Source of the DNA: an uncultured virus (IMG/VR IMGVR_UViG_3300010346_002895)
Taxonomy: Duplodnaviria; Heunggongvirae; Uroviricota; Caudoviricetes
Reading direction: 5' to 3' (one strand)
IMG/VR virus record: IMGVR_UViG_3300010346_002895
DNA: 64,000 bases
Made by a program: the position numbers and the translations under genes. Of the stretch, positions 39,180 through 49,048 are shown one piece after another. The notes under the pieces were generated by a model that worked only from the letters and a program-made list of their open reading frames with translations, had not been told where the DNA came from and did no database searches. Position 1 is the first letter of the stretch, and the number at the start of each line of letters is the position of its first letter.

Positions 39180-40730
39180 ATGCCCGAATATTTATCCCCT
39201 GACATTTTTGTCGAGGAACGGGAAAGCACCCGGCACACCATTGAGCGCGTCAGCGCATCGGTGGCCGCGTTTTTCGGCATCACGGAGCGCGGGCCCGTGG
39301 GGGTTCCCGTCCTCATCACAAGTTTTGCCCAGTTCCGGCGCATCTTCGGCGGCTACATACCGAACAGCCACCTCGCATACGCCGTGGACGGGTTCTTCAA
39401 GAAGGTCAAAGGGCGCTGCTATGTCGTCCGCGTTGTGCATTACACCGACATAACGGATGCGGCCACCGCGACGGCGGCGTCCAGCCTGACCGCGCTAAAC
39501 GACCGGGCCGCGACGCCCGTTCCGACGCTCGGCGTGAAGGCGGTCTCCCCCGGCAAGTGGGGCGACGACATTTCCACGAAGATCGAAGCGGCGACAAATA
39601 TCCCCGCGATTCATTTCAAAATGAAGGTCTACCTGCGGGGGACGCTTGTCGATCTTCACGACGACCTGTCGATGGACGCGGCGTCCGAGAATTACGCGCC
39701 GGAGCGCATCAATGGAAAATCGGAATACATTCTCGTTGAAGACCTCGGCAGCGCCAGCGCCGCCCCGGAAAACAGGCCCGCGGAAGGACTGTTTCCCCTT
39801 ACCGGCGGTGACGACGGCCTCGTCGACATCGGCGACACGGACTACGCGGGAAGCCAGGCGGCGCGCACGGGCGTGTTCGCATTCGATCCCGTGGACGAGA
39901 TCAACATTCTGGCCTGTCCGGGCATTACCACCCAGGCGGTGCAGAACGCGCTCTGCACGTATTCCGAGCTGCGGCAGGATTTGTTCGTGATTCTCGATCC
40001 GCCCGTGGGCATGAACGTGACGGAAATAAAGGAATACGTTCAGGACACGGCGGCGTTCAACAACCGGTTCGCGGCGCTCTACTACCCGAACATCATCATC
40101 CTCGATCCTCTTTCCCACAAAAACAGGATTGTTCCGCCCTCCGGCCAACTCGCGGGAATCTACGCGAAGACGGACGTGGTGCATGGCGTCCACAAAGCCC
40201 CGGCTGGAATCGAAGACGGCAAATTCGCGGACGTCATCGGTCTTGAATACACGCTCGATAAAGGACAGCGCGACACGCTGTACCCGGCGCGCATCAATCC
40301 CATCGTCAAGAAACGCGGCGTGGGCATTGTCGCGTGGGGCAACCGGACTCTTTCGGCGCTCTCCGACTGGCGCTCGATCAACGTGCGGCGTCTGTTCCTG
40401 AACGTGGTGGAATCCATCGCCGAGGGAACCGAGTGGGCCGTGTTCAAACCGAACAACATCGATCTGTGGAAAGACCTCACCACCACGATCACGCTCTTTT
40501 TAAAGGAATACTGGCGAGAGGGCGCGTTTTTCGACGGCGGCACGGGCAACTGGCGCGACTCTTTCTACGTCAAGTGCGACGGCGAACTGAACACGCAGGA
40601 GATCATCAACCAGTACAAAACCGTCTGCGAAATCGGCATCGCGCCGACAAAAGCCGCCGAATTCGTGATCTTCCGCATCACGCAATGGGACGGCGGCCGC
40701 TTAATTGAAGAATCGATGGGAGGTGCATGA
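39180..40730 (+). CDS. Tail sheath protein
   Basis: YLSPDIFVEE, PPSG, HKAPAG, WGNRTL, NVRRL, PTKAAEFVIFRI. Confidence 0.95.
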   Translation: MPEYLSPDIFVEERESTRHTIERVSASVAAFFGITERGPVGVPVLITSFAQFRRIFGGYIPNSHLAYAVDGFFKKVKGRCYVVRVVHYTDITDAATATAASSLTALNDRAATPVPTLGVKAVSPGKWGDDISTKIEAATNIPAIHFKMKVYLRGTLVDLHDDLSMDAASENYAPERINGKSEYILVEDLGSASAAPENRPAEGLFPLTGGDDGLVDIGDTDYAGSQAARTGVFAFDPVDEINILACPGITTQAVQNALCTYSELRQDLFVILDPPVGMNVTEIKEYVQDTAAFNNRFAALYYPNIIILDPLSHKNRIVPPSGQLAGIYAKTDVVHGVHKAPAGIEDGKFADVIGLEYTLDKGQRDTLYPARINPIVKKRGVGIVAWGNRTLSALSDWRSINVRRLFLNVVESIAEGTEWAVFKPNNIDLWKDLTTTITLFLKEYWREGAFFDGGTGNWRDSFYVKCDGELNTQEIINQYKTVCEIGIAPTKAAEFVIFRITQWDGGRLIEESMGGA

Positions 40731-40731
40731 C

Positions 40732-41193
40732 ATGCCCGCACAGGCAACCGCAATCAACTATTGGGACAAATACGCCTTCATCGTAAAGATCGACGGCGTG
40801 GTCCGCGCGGCGTTCAACAAGTGTTCCGGCCTGAAGGCCGAGGCGGAGGTCATCGAGTATTCCGAGGGCGGCGCGCTCACGCCGCACAAGCAGCCCGGCA
40901 CGATCAAGTTCGACGACATCGAACTCGAACGCGGCATGACGGACGATGACGACCTCTACAACTGGTGGAACGAGATTTACAACCACGCGTCGGGGACAGG
41001 ATCGGCGGATGAGAGGAAGTACAAGCGCAAGGTGACCGTCATCCAAAAGGACAGATCGGGAGCGGAGTTGACCCGATGGGTCATCCCGAAAGCGTTTCCC
41101 GCCGCGTTCGAGACCGACGACTGGGACAACGAGTCCTCCGAGCACCAGATCACCAAGCTGACGCTGGCGCACGAGGGATTCGAGAAAGAATGA
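40732..41193 (+). CDS. Tail tube protein (T4 gp19-like)
   Basis: FNKCSGL..EYSEGG..KQPG..LERG. Confidence 0.9.
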   Translation: MPAQATAINYWDKYAFIVKIDGVVRAAFNKCSGLKAEAEVIEYSEGGALTPHKQPGTIKFDDIELERGMTDDDDLYNWWNEIYNHASGTGSADERKYKRKVTVIQKDRSGAELTRWVIPKAFPAAFETDDWDNESSEHQITKLTLAHEGFEKE

Positions 41194-41201
41194 GGTGACT
41201 C

Positions 41202-41888
41202 ATGGAACTTTACACAGAAAAGGTAACACTGCCATCGGGGCTTGAATGCACCATCCGCGAGATGACCGCCACCGAAGAGGGCTTTCTCGCAAGTCAGAAG
41301 ATGCTGAAATCCGGCGAAGCGTTCGAGAAGATTCTACGCAACTGCGTCGTCGAAAAAGACATTGACCTCGACAACCTGCTCGTGGGCGACCGCTATTACC
41401 TGATGCTCGCAATCCGCCGCCTGACTTACGGCGACGACTACGACTTCAAAGTCCGGTGCGCGTCCTGCGGTCAGACGTTCAACATGAGCGTCAATCTCGC
41501 GGAACTTCCGATCAAGAAACTCGAGGGCGACCCCGACGCGACGCACACGATCACGCTACCGCGAACCGGCAAGAAGGTCACGTTCCGGCTCCTTCGCGGC
41601 CGCGACGAGAAGAAGATCGCGGCCACGCTCCGAAAGACCCCGCAGGAGATCATCCGGCTGTCCCTCTACCTGCACACGGTGGCCGTGGACGGAAACGAGA
41701 ATTTCTCCGAGAAGTTCTTTGAAACCCTGCCCGGGGCGGACTCGCAGTATTACCGGAGGGAAATCGACGCCGTCACCTGCGGCGTGGACACCGTCGTCGA
41801 GGTGGAGTGTCCCGAATGTGACAATGAATTCGAGGTGCAGCTGCCTATCAGCGAAAATTTTTTCTTCCCGAACTCCAGGAAGACCTGA
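41202..41888 (+). CDS. Tail assembly chaperone / T4 gp26-like hub assembly protein
   Basis: LPSG..IREMT..two CxxC..NFFFP; between tube and tape measure. Confidence 0.8.
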   Translation: MELYTEKVTLPSGLECTIREMTATEEGFLASQKMLKSGEAFEKILRNCVVEKDIDLDNLLVGDRYYLMLAIRRLTYGDDYDFKVRCASCGQTFNMSVNLAELPIKKLEGDPDATHTITLPRTGKKVTFRLLRGRDEKKIAATLRKTPQEIIRLSLYLHTVAVDGNENFSEKFFETLPGADSQYYRREIDAVTCGVDTVVEVECPECDNEFEVQLPISENFFFPNSRKT

Positions 41889-42055
41889 TCCTGGAGGAAA
41901 CCTTCTTCCTCTGTTACGGCAAGGGGCCGTTCAAGTCGTTTAATGAAGTCGAGCGGCTCCCGGCCCGCGTGCGGCGCTGGTTCGTGGAAAAACTCTCGGA
42001 CCAGTACCGCGAAGAGGAACGTCAAATCAGGAACGCGGCGAGAAGGAAACGATGA
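41855..42055 (+). CDS. -1 frameshift extension of the tail chaperone
   Basis: Slippery A AAT TTT / T TTT TTC at 41855-41864; open -1 frame to TGA 42053-42055. Confidence 0.75.
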   Translation, partial: KFFLPELQEDLILEETFFLCYGKGPFKSFNEVERLPARVRRWFVEKLSDQYREEERQIRNAARRKR

Positions 42056-45000
42056 ACAACTACGGTCTCGGCATACTCATTCAGGCGAAGGATCAGGCCT
42101 CGGCGGTCTTCCAGAAGGTGGAGCGCAATTTCGACTCCCTTTCAAAGAAGAGCGACGAGATGGCTTCGCGCATGCAGGCGTCCTCGAAGATGTTTTACGC
42201 CGGGATCGGAATGATGGGCGGCGGCGCGGCGCTCCTGGGAGGGGTCGGGGCCACAATCAAGGTGGCCGGGGATTTTGAGGAGGCCATGATCGGCGTGCAG
42301 AAGACCACCGGCATGGCGGACGCCGAACTCAAAAAACTCGGCGACCAGTTTCTTACCATGTCCGCGCGGATGCCCAACTCGGCGCGCGAACTCGCAAACA
42401 TCGGCGAGATCGGCGGGCAGCTCGGTATTTCCGGCGTCGAGAATCTCTCCGCGTTCACGGACACGGTGGCGAAACTCGCGTCGGTGTCGGAATTTTCAGC
42501 GGAGGAAGGCGGCGCTGCGCTCGCAAAGATCGCCAACCAGTTCAAGATTCCCATTCAACAGGCGAAAAACATGGGGTCCGTGCTCAACGAGCTGTCGAAC
42601 ATTTCCACCGCGACGGCCCCGACGATTGCCGAGTTGACGAGCCGCATGGCCGGAGCGGGTTCATCGCTCGGCCTGACCATGCCGCAGATTTCCGCCATCG
42701 GCGCGGCGCTCACGGACATGGGTGTCAGTTCCGAGGTTGGCGGCACGGCCATGTCGGACATGTTCATGGAGATGATGAAGCGCACGGACCAGTACGCGAA
42801 AGTCGCGGGCGTCTCCACTGCCGAGTTCAAGCAACTCATTGAAAAGGACGCCTACGGCGCGCTGACGAAATTCGCGTCGGGATTGCAGAAGTTCGACAAA
42901 TTTCAGGTCGCGGACATGCTGACAGACCTCGGCATCGGCGGCGCCCGCGGAACGGACGTACTGCTCAAACTGGTCGAGGCGAACAAGTCCGTCAACGGAC
43001 AGCAGTCGCTTCTGGGGCGGTTCGTGGATACGTCCAACAAGGCGTTCGCCGAGGGAACGTCGCTACAGAGGGAATATGACAACTCTCTCAAGGGCATGAA
43101 CGCGCAGCTCAAAATCGCATGGAACTCCATCGTCGCGGTCGCCATCAGCATCGGGCAACAGCTCGCGCCTTATATAACCCAAGCGGCAAAAGCGGTGTCT
43201 TCGTTTCTCCGGAAATTCGGGGACTGGGCGAAACAGAACCCGAAACTGCTCAAGGGCATTGTGCTGGTCGTCGCCGCGCTCGGCGGACTTCTTCTCGTCG
43301 GCGGCGCGATTCTCACGTTTCTCGGCGCTATCGGGATGCTGTCTGTGGGGCTGTCCGCTCTTCCCGCGGCCGCGGGCGCTATCGGAGGTGTCGTCGCGGC
43401 GATATGGCCCGTGGTCGCGGTCATAGCCGCCGTGATCGCCGCCGGCGCGCTTCTCTACTACGCATGGAAAACCAATTTCGGGGGCATCCGGGATTTCATC
43501 ATGCCGATATGGAACCAGTTGAAACGGGGATTCCAGAATTTCGTCAACATCGTCAAGGGCGTGATCGCTCTCCTTCGCGGACAGCCCATCGGCCCGGAAC
43601 TTGAGAAAAGCCTCAACGCCGCGGGACTCATGAAGACGGTTAAGGGCATCGCCAACTTTCTGAAAATGGCATGGAGTTTTGTCAAAGGCTATGTCACCGG
43701 CTTTATCGAGGCCGTGGAGCCTGTGTACAGAAGTTTGTTTGACGCCCTGAAACCGGTTGTGACGTGGGTTGTCGAGGGCTTCAAAATCGCATGGAACGCC
43801 ATCGGGAAATTCTTCGCCCTGTTTTCCGGTGAAAGCAAGGGCGCCGGGAACAGCGCACAGAGTTTCGGAAAGACTCTCGGACAAATTATCGGATTCATTG
43901 TAACTCTCGGTACACGGGGACTGGTAATCGTCATTCGCATCCTGACGTTCATACTGCCGATCATCGGTAAGATAATCCTTTTCATTTTCAAAGTCATCGT
44001 TGCCGTCGTGAAATTCCAGATCGCGTTCGTAAAAGCAATCATTCAGGCAATCGTCTGGGTGTGGAACTTCGCAAAGGCCATCTGGAACGGACTCGTGAGC
44101 GCCTGGCAAACCGCGAGCCAGTGGATATCGGGCGCGATCAACTACATTTCCAATCTCATATCGATGGTCATCCAGTGGATCGTCGCACGGTGGGCAGCGT
44201 TCAAACAGGCGGTAATCATGATCTGGAACGCGATCACCATGTCCGTTTCCACAGCCGTTAATTTTATTCGCCAGATCATCTCAATGGTTCTCATGGCGAT
44301 CCAGATGCGGTGGCAGCAGTTCAAAATGTTTATCACCATGCTCTGGCAGGCGATATCCATGTCCGTGTCGATGGTGGTGAACGCCATCCAGTCCAGGGTC
44401 ATGGCCGTGGTCTCCGCGATTCAGATGCGCTGGCAGCAGTTCCGGAGCGCGGTCGCCGCCGTGTGGAATTCCATCTCCGCGACGGTGTCCGGAGTGGTCG
44501 CGGGCATTCAGTCGCGCGTACAGGCGGTGATCACATTTATCACCGGCCTTTGGAACGGCCTGAAAACCGCAGTCGGTGCCGTGTGGGATTCCATCGTCGG
44601 CCAGGTCAGTGGAGCCATCGCAACAATCAAGAACAAGCTGCTTGGGCTTATCCCCGGCTGGCTTCGGACGGCGCTCAGTTATATCGGAATCAATATTCCC
44701 GCGCCGTCCGCAAAGGGCGAAGCTTACGCGACCGGCGGTTACGTTGCGAGGACGGGTAGTGTTTCCGCGACGCTCCACGAGGGCGAGGTCATTACCCCGG
44801 CGCCCGCCGTCCAGAAGATTGTCAGTTTTGCGGATAGAATCCCGGCAAGCGGAATCTCCGGCGCAACCAGCGCGGGCAACGTAACACAGCACTTCTCTCC
44901 CCAGATTCATATCAGCCTGCCGAATGTGAAAGAGATCGACAGGCAGTCCGTCGAAGAACTCGCGGAACTGATAATCCGCAAACTCGAATATCTCCAGAAG

Positions 45001-45063
45001 CGGAAGCGAGAGGCCGGTTTCTCGAACGATTTCAATCCCAGTCTGGCGGTGGCAAGACCATGA
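42052..45063 (+). CDS. Tape measure protein
   Basis: TP901-type N-terminal domain, hydrophobic segments, Trp-periodic repeats. Confidence 0.92.
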   Translation: MNNYGLGILIQAKDQASAVFQKVERNFDSLSKKSDEMASRMQASSKMFYAGIGMMGGGAALLGGVGATIKVAGDFEEAMIGVQKTTGMADAELKKLGDQFLTMSARMPNSARELANIGEIGGQLGISGVENLSAFTDTVAKLASVSEFSAEEGGAALAKIANQFKIPIQQAKNMGSVLNELSNISTATAPTIAELTSRMAGAGSSLGLTMPQISAIGAALTDMGVSSEVGGTAMSDMFMEMMKRTDQYAKVAGVSTAEFKQLIEKDAYGALTKFASGLQKFDKFQVADMLTDLGIGGARGTDVLLKLVEANKSVNGQQSLLGRFVDTSNKAFAEGTSLQREYDNSLKGMNAQLKIAWNSIVAVAISIGQQLAPYITQAAKAVSSFLRKFGDWAKQNPKLLKGIVLVVAALGGLLLVGGAILTFLGAIGMLSVGLSALPAAAGAIGGVVAAIWPVVAVIAAVIAAGALLYYAWKTNFGGIRDFIMPIWNQLKRGFQNFVNIVKGVIALLRGQPIGPELEKSLNAAGLMKTVKGIANFLKMAWSFVKGYVTGFIEAVEPVYRSLFDALKPVVTWVVEGFKIAWNAIGKFFALFSGESKGAGNSAQSFGKTLGQIIGFIVTLGTRGLVIVIRILTFILPIIGKIILFIFKVIVAVVKFQIAFVKAIIQAIVWVWNFAKAIWNGLVSAWQTASQWISGAINYISNLISMVIQWIVARWAAFKQAVIMIWNAITMSVSTAVNFIRQIISMVLMAIQMRWQQFKMFITMLWQAISMSVSMVVNAIQSRVMAVVSAIQMRWQQFRSAVAAVWNSISATVSGVVAGIQSRVQAVITFITGLWNGLKTAVGAVWDSIVGQVSGAIATIKNKLLGLIPGWLRTALSYIGINIPAPSAKGEAYATGGYVARTGSVSATLHEGEVITPAPAVQKIVSFADRIPASGISGATSAGNVTQHFSPQIHISLPNVKEIDRQSVEELAELIIRKLEYLQKRKREAGFSNDFNPSLAVARP

Positions 45064-45581
45064 ACGAAACGATCAGCGCGATACCGACGCCGGACAAGGG
45101 ATTCCTCTATTCAGCGGAGAGTGGTGTTGTCCTGGAGTTTTCCGTGAACCCGGCGCAACTCCAGCGGCAGGAACAGGCGACATTCAACACGAGCCTGTCG
45201 CCAGGCGCGCCGGGCGCGTTCGTGCAATATACAGGCGGCGGGGAGCGCAACGTGACGTTCGAACTCGTCCTCGATGCTATCGGAACCAAGGCTGGTCAAG
45301 GCGGTGTCCTGCGCGAGATCGCGATCCTCGAGGCGTTCACCTACCCGGACACGAACGATCTGGTCAACGCGCAATTCGTGCCGCCGCCACGGGCTCTGCT
45401 CGGCATCGGAACCCGTATCTGGGAAGGATACGTCGCGCAGATTCAGTTCACGGAAGAGCGGTTCAATGTGCGGATGGAGCCGGTTTATGTGAAAGCACAG
45501 ATAACTTTTACTCTTGATTTGTGGAAAAACGCAACCAGTCAGAGGATGCACCAGACGCGCCGCCAGATGCTGTCGAGGTAA
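45060..45581 (+). CDS. Tail tube initiator / CIS-tube-like baseplate protein
   Basis: FSVNP..QYTGG..PPP; position. Confidence 0.7.
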   Translation: MNETISAIPTPDKGFLYSAESGVVLEFSVNPAQLQRQEQATFNTSLSPGAPGAFVQYTGGGERNVTFELVLDAIGTKAGQGGVLREIAILEAFTYPDTNDLVNAQFVPPPRALLGIGTRIWEGYVAQIQFTEERFNVRMEPVYVKAQITFTLDLWKNATSQRMHQTRRQMLSR

Positions 45582-45584
45582 ACG

Positions 45585-45869
45585 ATGAGCGTTTTTGAAG
45601 GTTCAAGATACGAGAAGGTGTTCGTCTACACGAGGCGGCTTCGGAATTTTGTGAGAAATACCCTCACGTTCCGGGAAATCGACCGGGCCGTGCCGGACGG
45701 GAGCATCCTGCACACCGTGACCGAGACCGACCGCATAGACAACATCAGTTACCAGTATTACGGAACGCCCGATTACTGGTGGTACATTCTCGACAAGAAT
45801 CCCGGCTTTGATGCTCTCGAACTGCCGGTCGGAAAACAGTTGTGGATACCGCCGATTCCACAGGGGTAA
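45585..45869 (+). CDS. LysM / P2 gpX-like tail protein
   Basis: HTVTETDRIDNISYQYYG..WWYI..NP..LWIP. Confidence 0.8.
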   Translation: MSVFEGSRYEKVFVYTRRLRNFVRNTLTFREIDRAVPDGSILHTVTETDRIDNISYQYYGTPDYWWYILDKNPGFDALELPVGKQLWIPPIPQG

Positions 45870-45873
45870 TGAA

Positions 45874-46677
45874 ATGGCCGTCGTAAATGTCACATCAGCA
45901 TCTTTCGCATCGCCGTACTTCGAGATCACGCTCGGCTCGCATACGCTCTCGCCAGAAGAGTTGTCTCTTGTGACAGATGTCGAAATCAAAGACGAGATTG
46001 AGGAAAAGGATACGGCGACTGTGACGGTGAATGATCCGTTCTTTCGGTTTCAGAAGCTGGCGTCGAAAGGCATGTCGGTGAGAATCGTGGCGGGTTACTT
46101 CATGGGAAAGACAAAAGAGTTCATCGGCGAGGTGTCCGGGCTCACGCCGCAGTTTCCTGAATCGGGGTTGCCGACACTCTCGATTGAATGTTCGGCGAAA
46201 TCGAAAAAGGGACACGAGGGACAGGTGAACAAGTCGTGGAAAAAGATGAAACGCTCCGAGATCGCAAAAAAGATCGCCGGGAAACACGGCTGGACGCCCG
46301 ACGTGGATGAAACAAAAGAAATCGTCGAGCAGGAATCACAGGCCGGTGAATCGGACGTGGACTTCCTTCGCAAAATGGCGCGAAAAGAAAACTTCATCTT
46401 CCGTGTCAAAGGAAACGTCATGCAGTTCAAGAAAGCGCCCGACCTCGATGACCAGTCGCCCGTCGCGGTGTTCGATTACCGCATCGGGAACAACACGGTA
46501 AAGAGTTTTTCGCCCCGTTATGCGAGCGACGAGACGGGAAAAGACATCGAGGGCGCGACCATAAATAACAAGTCGAAGGAAACCGTGAAAACGAAATCCG
46601 AATCGAGCGTCGCCAAGCCGCAGGGAATCAATGACAGCGGCACGGTGAACCGTGGAATCGCCGAAACGCTCTATTAG
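45874..46677 (+). CDS. Baseplate hub (late control D-like), N-terminal part
   Basis: QAGESDVDFLRKMA motif. Confidence 0.8.
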   Translation: MAVVNVTSASFASPYFEITLGSHTLSPEELSLVTDVEIKDEIEEKDTATVTVNDPFFRFQKLASKGMSVRIVAGYFMGKTKEFIGEVSGLTPQFPESGLPTLSIECSAKSKKGHEGQVNKSWKKMKRSEIAKKIAGKHGWTPDVDETKEIVEQESQAGESDVDFLRKMARKENFIFRVKGNVMQFKKAPDLDDQSPVAVFDYRIGNNTVKSFSPRYASDETGKDIEGATINNKSKETVKTKSESSVAKPQGINDSGTVNRGIAETLY

Positions 46678-46708
46678 ACCGACATGGTAATAACGAGGAA
46701 ATTCTGAA

Positions 46709-47200
46709 ATGCAGCCTGTTGAAGCACACGGCATACCGGGTGGTGATACGATCCCCCAGGCCCCGAAAGGCGGCGCGATTTCCGGCGTGGGCACGGGCGG
46801 CGGTAAAACCCAAGTTGAGACCACACATTATTTAAAGGATAACGAGATCGGCGGCGCGCTGCCGGATACCCAGGAGGGTCTCGATGCTGCATCCGGCGCG
46901 AAACATTACAAGAATGAAAAAGCGATGGAGGGCTCGCTCACGCTCGTCCGGGGTTTTCCGCAGATAAATGCCGGTGACAAGATCACGGTTCTCGGCGTCG
47001 GGCCGGTTTTTTCAGGGGAATGGATTGTGAAAACACACACGCTCAAAGTATCGCAGGACGGATGCCAGAGCACGCTGGAACTCACCCGAAACGCGGTCGG
47101 AAATACCGGCAGCGGGCCTGAAACAGGCGGCGGGTTCGAGACGGACAAGATGAAAATGGAAAATACGCCTCTTGATGAAGGCGATTATTCGGAGATGTGA
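46709..47200 (+). CDS. Baseplate hub C-terminal-like protein
   Basis: GFPQINAGDKITVLGVGPVFSGEWIVKTHT..STLEL; own RBS. Confidence 0.7.
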   Translation: MQPVEAHGIPGGDTIPQAPKGGAISGVGTGGGKTQVETTHYLKDNEIGGALPDTQEGLDAASGAKHYKNEKAMEGSLTLVRGFPQINAGDKITVLGVGPVFSGEWIVKTHTLKVSQDGCQSTLELTRNAVGNTGSGPETGGGFETDKMKMENTPLDEGDYSEM

Positions 47201-47201
47201 C

Positions 47202-48134
47202 ATGCCGTCGTTTGTCGGGAAATTTCGCGGGATCGTCGAGGACAACAAGGACCCTGAACATCGGGGACGCCTGAAGTGCAAGTGTCCGCAGGTGTTCGGC
47301 GATGAAGTCCTGGACTGGGCGCTCCCGTGCATGCCTTATGGCGGGGATTCCGGCACCGGGTTCTTTTCCATCCCCAAGAAGGGATCGTCCGTCTGGCTCG
47401 AGTTCGAGCAAGGTGACGCGAACCGGCCCGTCTGGGTCGGCGTGTGGTGGGCAGCGCCGGAGGACAAGACCGAGGCGGCGGACGTCACGCATAAAAAGGA
47501 AAAACAGTCATCGGGTCCGTGGGACGAGGCCGAGACCGGCGACGCGAAGCGGGATGTGCCCGACAACCACGCATGGCAAACGAAATCCGGCCATCGCATC
47601 GAATTGGATGACACGGACGGCCAGACCAAAATCAAAATCACCGACCGCAAGGGGCAGCACATCCTTATCCGGTCGGAAGACGGAAAAGAAAAAATCTACA
47701 TGAAGGACGCCGGTGATAACCGGTTTCTGCTCGACGCCACATCAGGCAAACGGCGCATCCTGATGCAGGACGGCGCGGGAAGCGCGGTTCTCATGGACGC
47801 GGAAAAAGGCGACGTCTATATCGCGTCCGCGAAAGACCTGTCCCTTCTTGCCGGTGAAAATCTTTACATCGGCTGCAAGAGCAACCGCGAGGAGACGGTC
47901 GGCGGTAATCACAACATATCCGTCATGGGAAGCGGCGACTGGGATGTGGCCGGCGCACTCAAGCTGGCGAAGTCTTCCGGCGACGTGAACATTGCAAGCG
48001 GAAGCAAAGCGGCGGCGCGCACGGACGACCCGCTTGCGGCCGCGACGGAAACCGCGGGCGGCTCCGCGCCCCATTCGCACGGCCTGTCTTCGGGCAAGGT
48101 TGGACAGGGCTCTTCTAAAGTGAAAATCGGGTGA
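47202..48134 (+). CDS. Baseplate spike (gpV/VgrG-like OB fold)
   Basis: GKFRGIVEDNKDP..GR, VWLEFEQGD..P, TKSGHRIELDD, C-terminal HSH. Confidence 0.9.
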   Translation: MPSFVGKFRGIVEDNKDPEHRGRLKCKCPQVFGDEVLDWALPCMPYGGDSGTGFFSIPKKGSSVWLEFEQGDANRPVWVGVWWAAPEDKTEAADVTHKKEKQSSGPWDEAETGDAKRDVPDNHAWQTKSGHRIELDDTDGQTKIKITDRKGQHILIRSEDGKEKIYMKDAGDNRFLLDATSGKRRILMQDGAGSAVLMDAEKGDVYIASAKDLSLLAGENLYIGCKSNREETVGGNHNISVMGSGDWDVAGALKLAKSSGDVNIASGSKAAARTDDPLAAATETAGGSAPHSHGLSSGKVGQGSSKVKIG

Positions 48135-48138
48135 TCGT

Positions 48139-48660
48139 ATGTCGGAGTGCCTTAACAACCTTAAAAATTACCTCGGCGATGAGTTGAAATCTAAACTCGG
48201 CGACGTGCTCAAGGACGCGACCGACAGTTCGCCGATGGGTCTCGCTCAGAAAGCGCTCGGCCAGGCGCAGAAACTCCAAGATACAAAATCCGTCGTGTCG
48301 CAGGGCATACAGTCTTTTAAACAGCGGGTCGGACTTCCCGGTGGCCGTCTCGATGGCCTCGGCGGTCTCAATCTCGGGGAAATCAAACAGAAAGCTGAGG
48401 CGCTCAAAGCCAAGGCGCAGGAAGTGCAAAACAAAATCGCGGAGTTTCAGTCACAATTCCCCGGATGCGCGCTCGACCCGGATATCATGGAAACGATCAA
48501 CACGGTCGCATCCATCGACACGAACCTCGATCCCATGAGCATGATCGACACGTCGAAATTGGACGGCGAAATCGCCGATGCGCAATCGAAGATCGAGGAA
48601 GCAACAGATATGCAGTCGCAGTCGGCGCGGCTTCAGGATATGTTTGGGGTGTCGTTATGA
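48139..48660 (+). CDS. Hypothetical helical protein
   Basis: In the baseplate operon. Confidence 0.65.
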   Translation: MSECLNNLKNYLGDELKSKLGDVLKDATDSSPMGLAQKALGQAQKLQDTKSVVSQGIQSFKQRVGLPGGRLDGLGGLNLGEIKQKAEALKAKAQEVQNKIAEFQSQFPGCALDPDIMETINTVASIDTNLDPMSMIDTSKLDGEIADAQSKIEEATDMQSQSARLQDMFGVSL

Positions 48661-49046
48661 ATCTTGGATATCGGGGCATTTCTTTTCCGTTCCGTTTCAA
48701 CGGCCTCGGGTCGGTAGCTTCAAGCACGGTTGAAACGGGCAATCCGGCGCACATCCTTGAAAGCATCCGACAGATCATAGGCACGCGCCGGAGCGAGCGC
48801 GTCATGCGGCCTGAGTTCGGAGCGGACGCGGACAATCTGGTTTTTTCGCCGCAGTCCAATTCCGGCATCCGGATCGCCGCACACAATATCGGCCAGCAGA
48901 TACTCCGGTGGGAAAAGCGCGTCGATCTTCAGAAAGTTGAAATCACCCGTATCGAAGACCTCGAAGCCGAAATAAATCTCAACGTCCAAATCAAGGTCAC
49001 ACGTGAGACCGAGGAAATGAAAATACCGATGAAGAAGGAAGATTAA
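48657..49046 (+). CDS. Baseplate wedge gp25/W-like protein
   Basis: GISFPF..ERVMRPEFG..WEKRV. Confidence 0.9.
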   Translation: MNLGYRGISFPFRFNGLGSVASSTVETGNPAHILESIRQIIGTRRSERVMRPEFGADADNLVFSPQSNSGIRIAAHNIGQQILRWEKRVDLQKVEITRIEDLEAEINLNVQIKVTRETEEMKIPMKKED

Positions 49047-49048
49047 TC

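Noticed and set aside
44050..44620. Novel repeat array
   Set aside because: Ordinary Trp-periodic tape measure repeats
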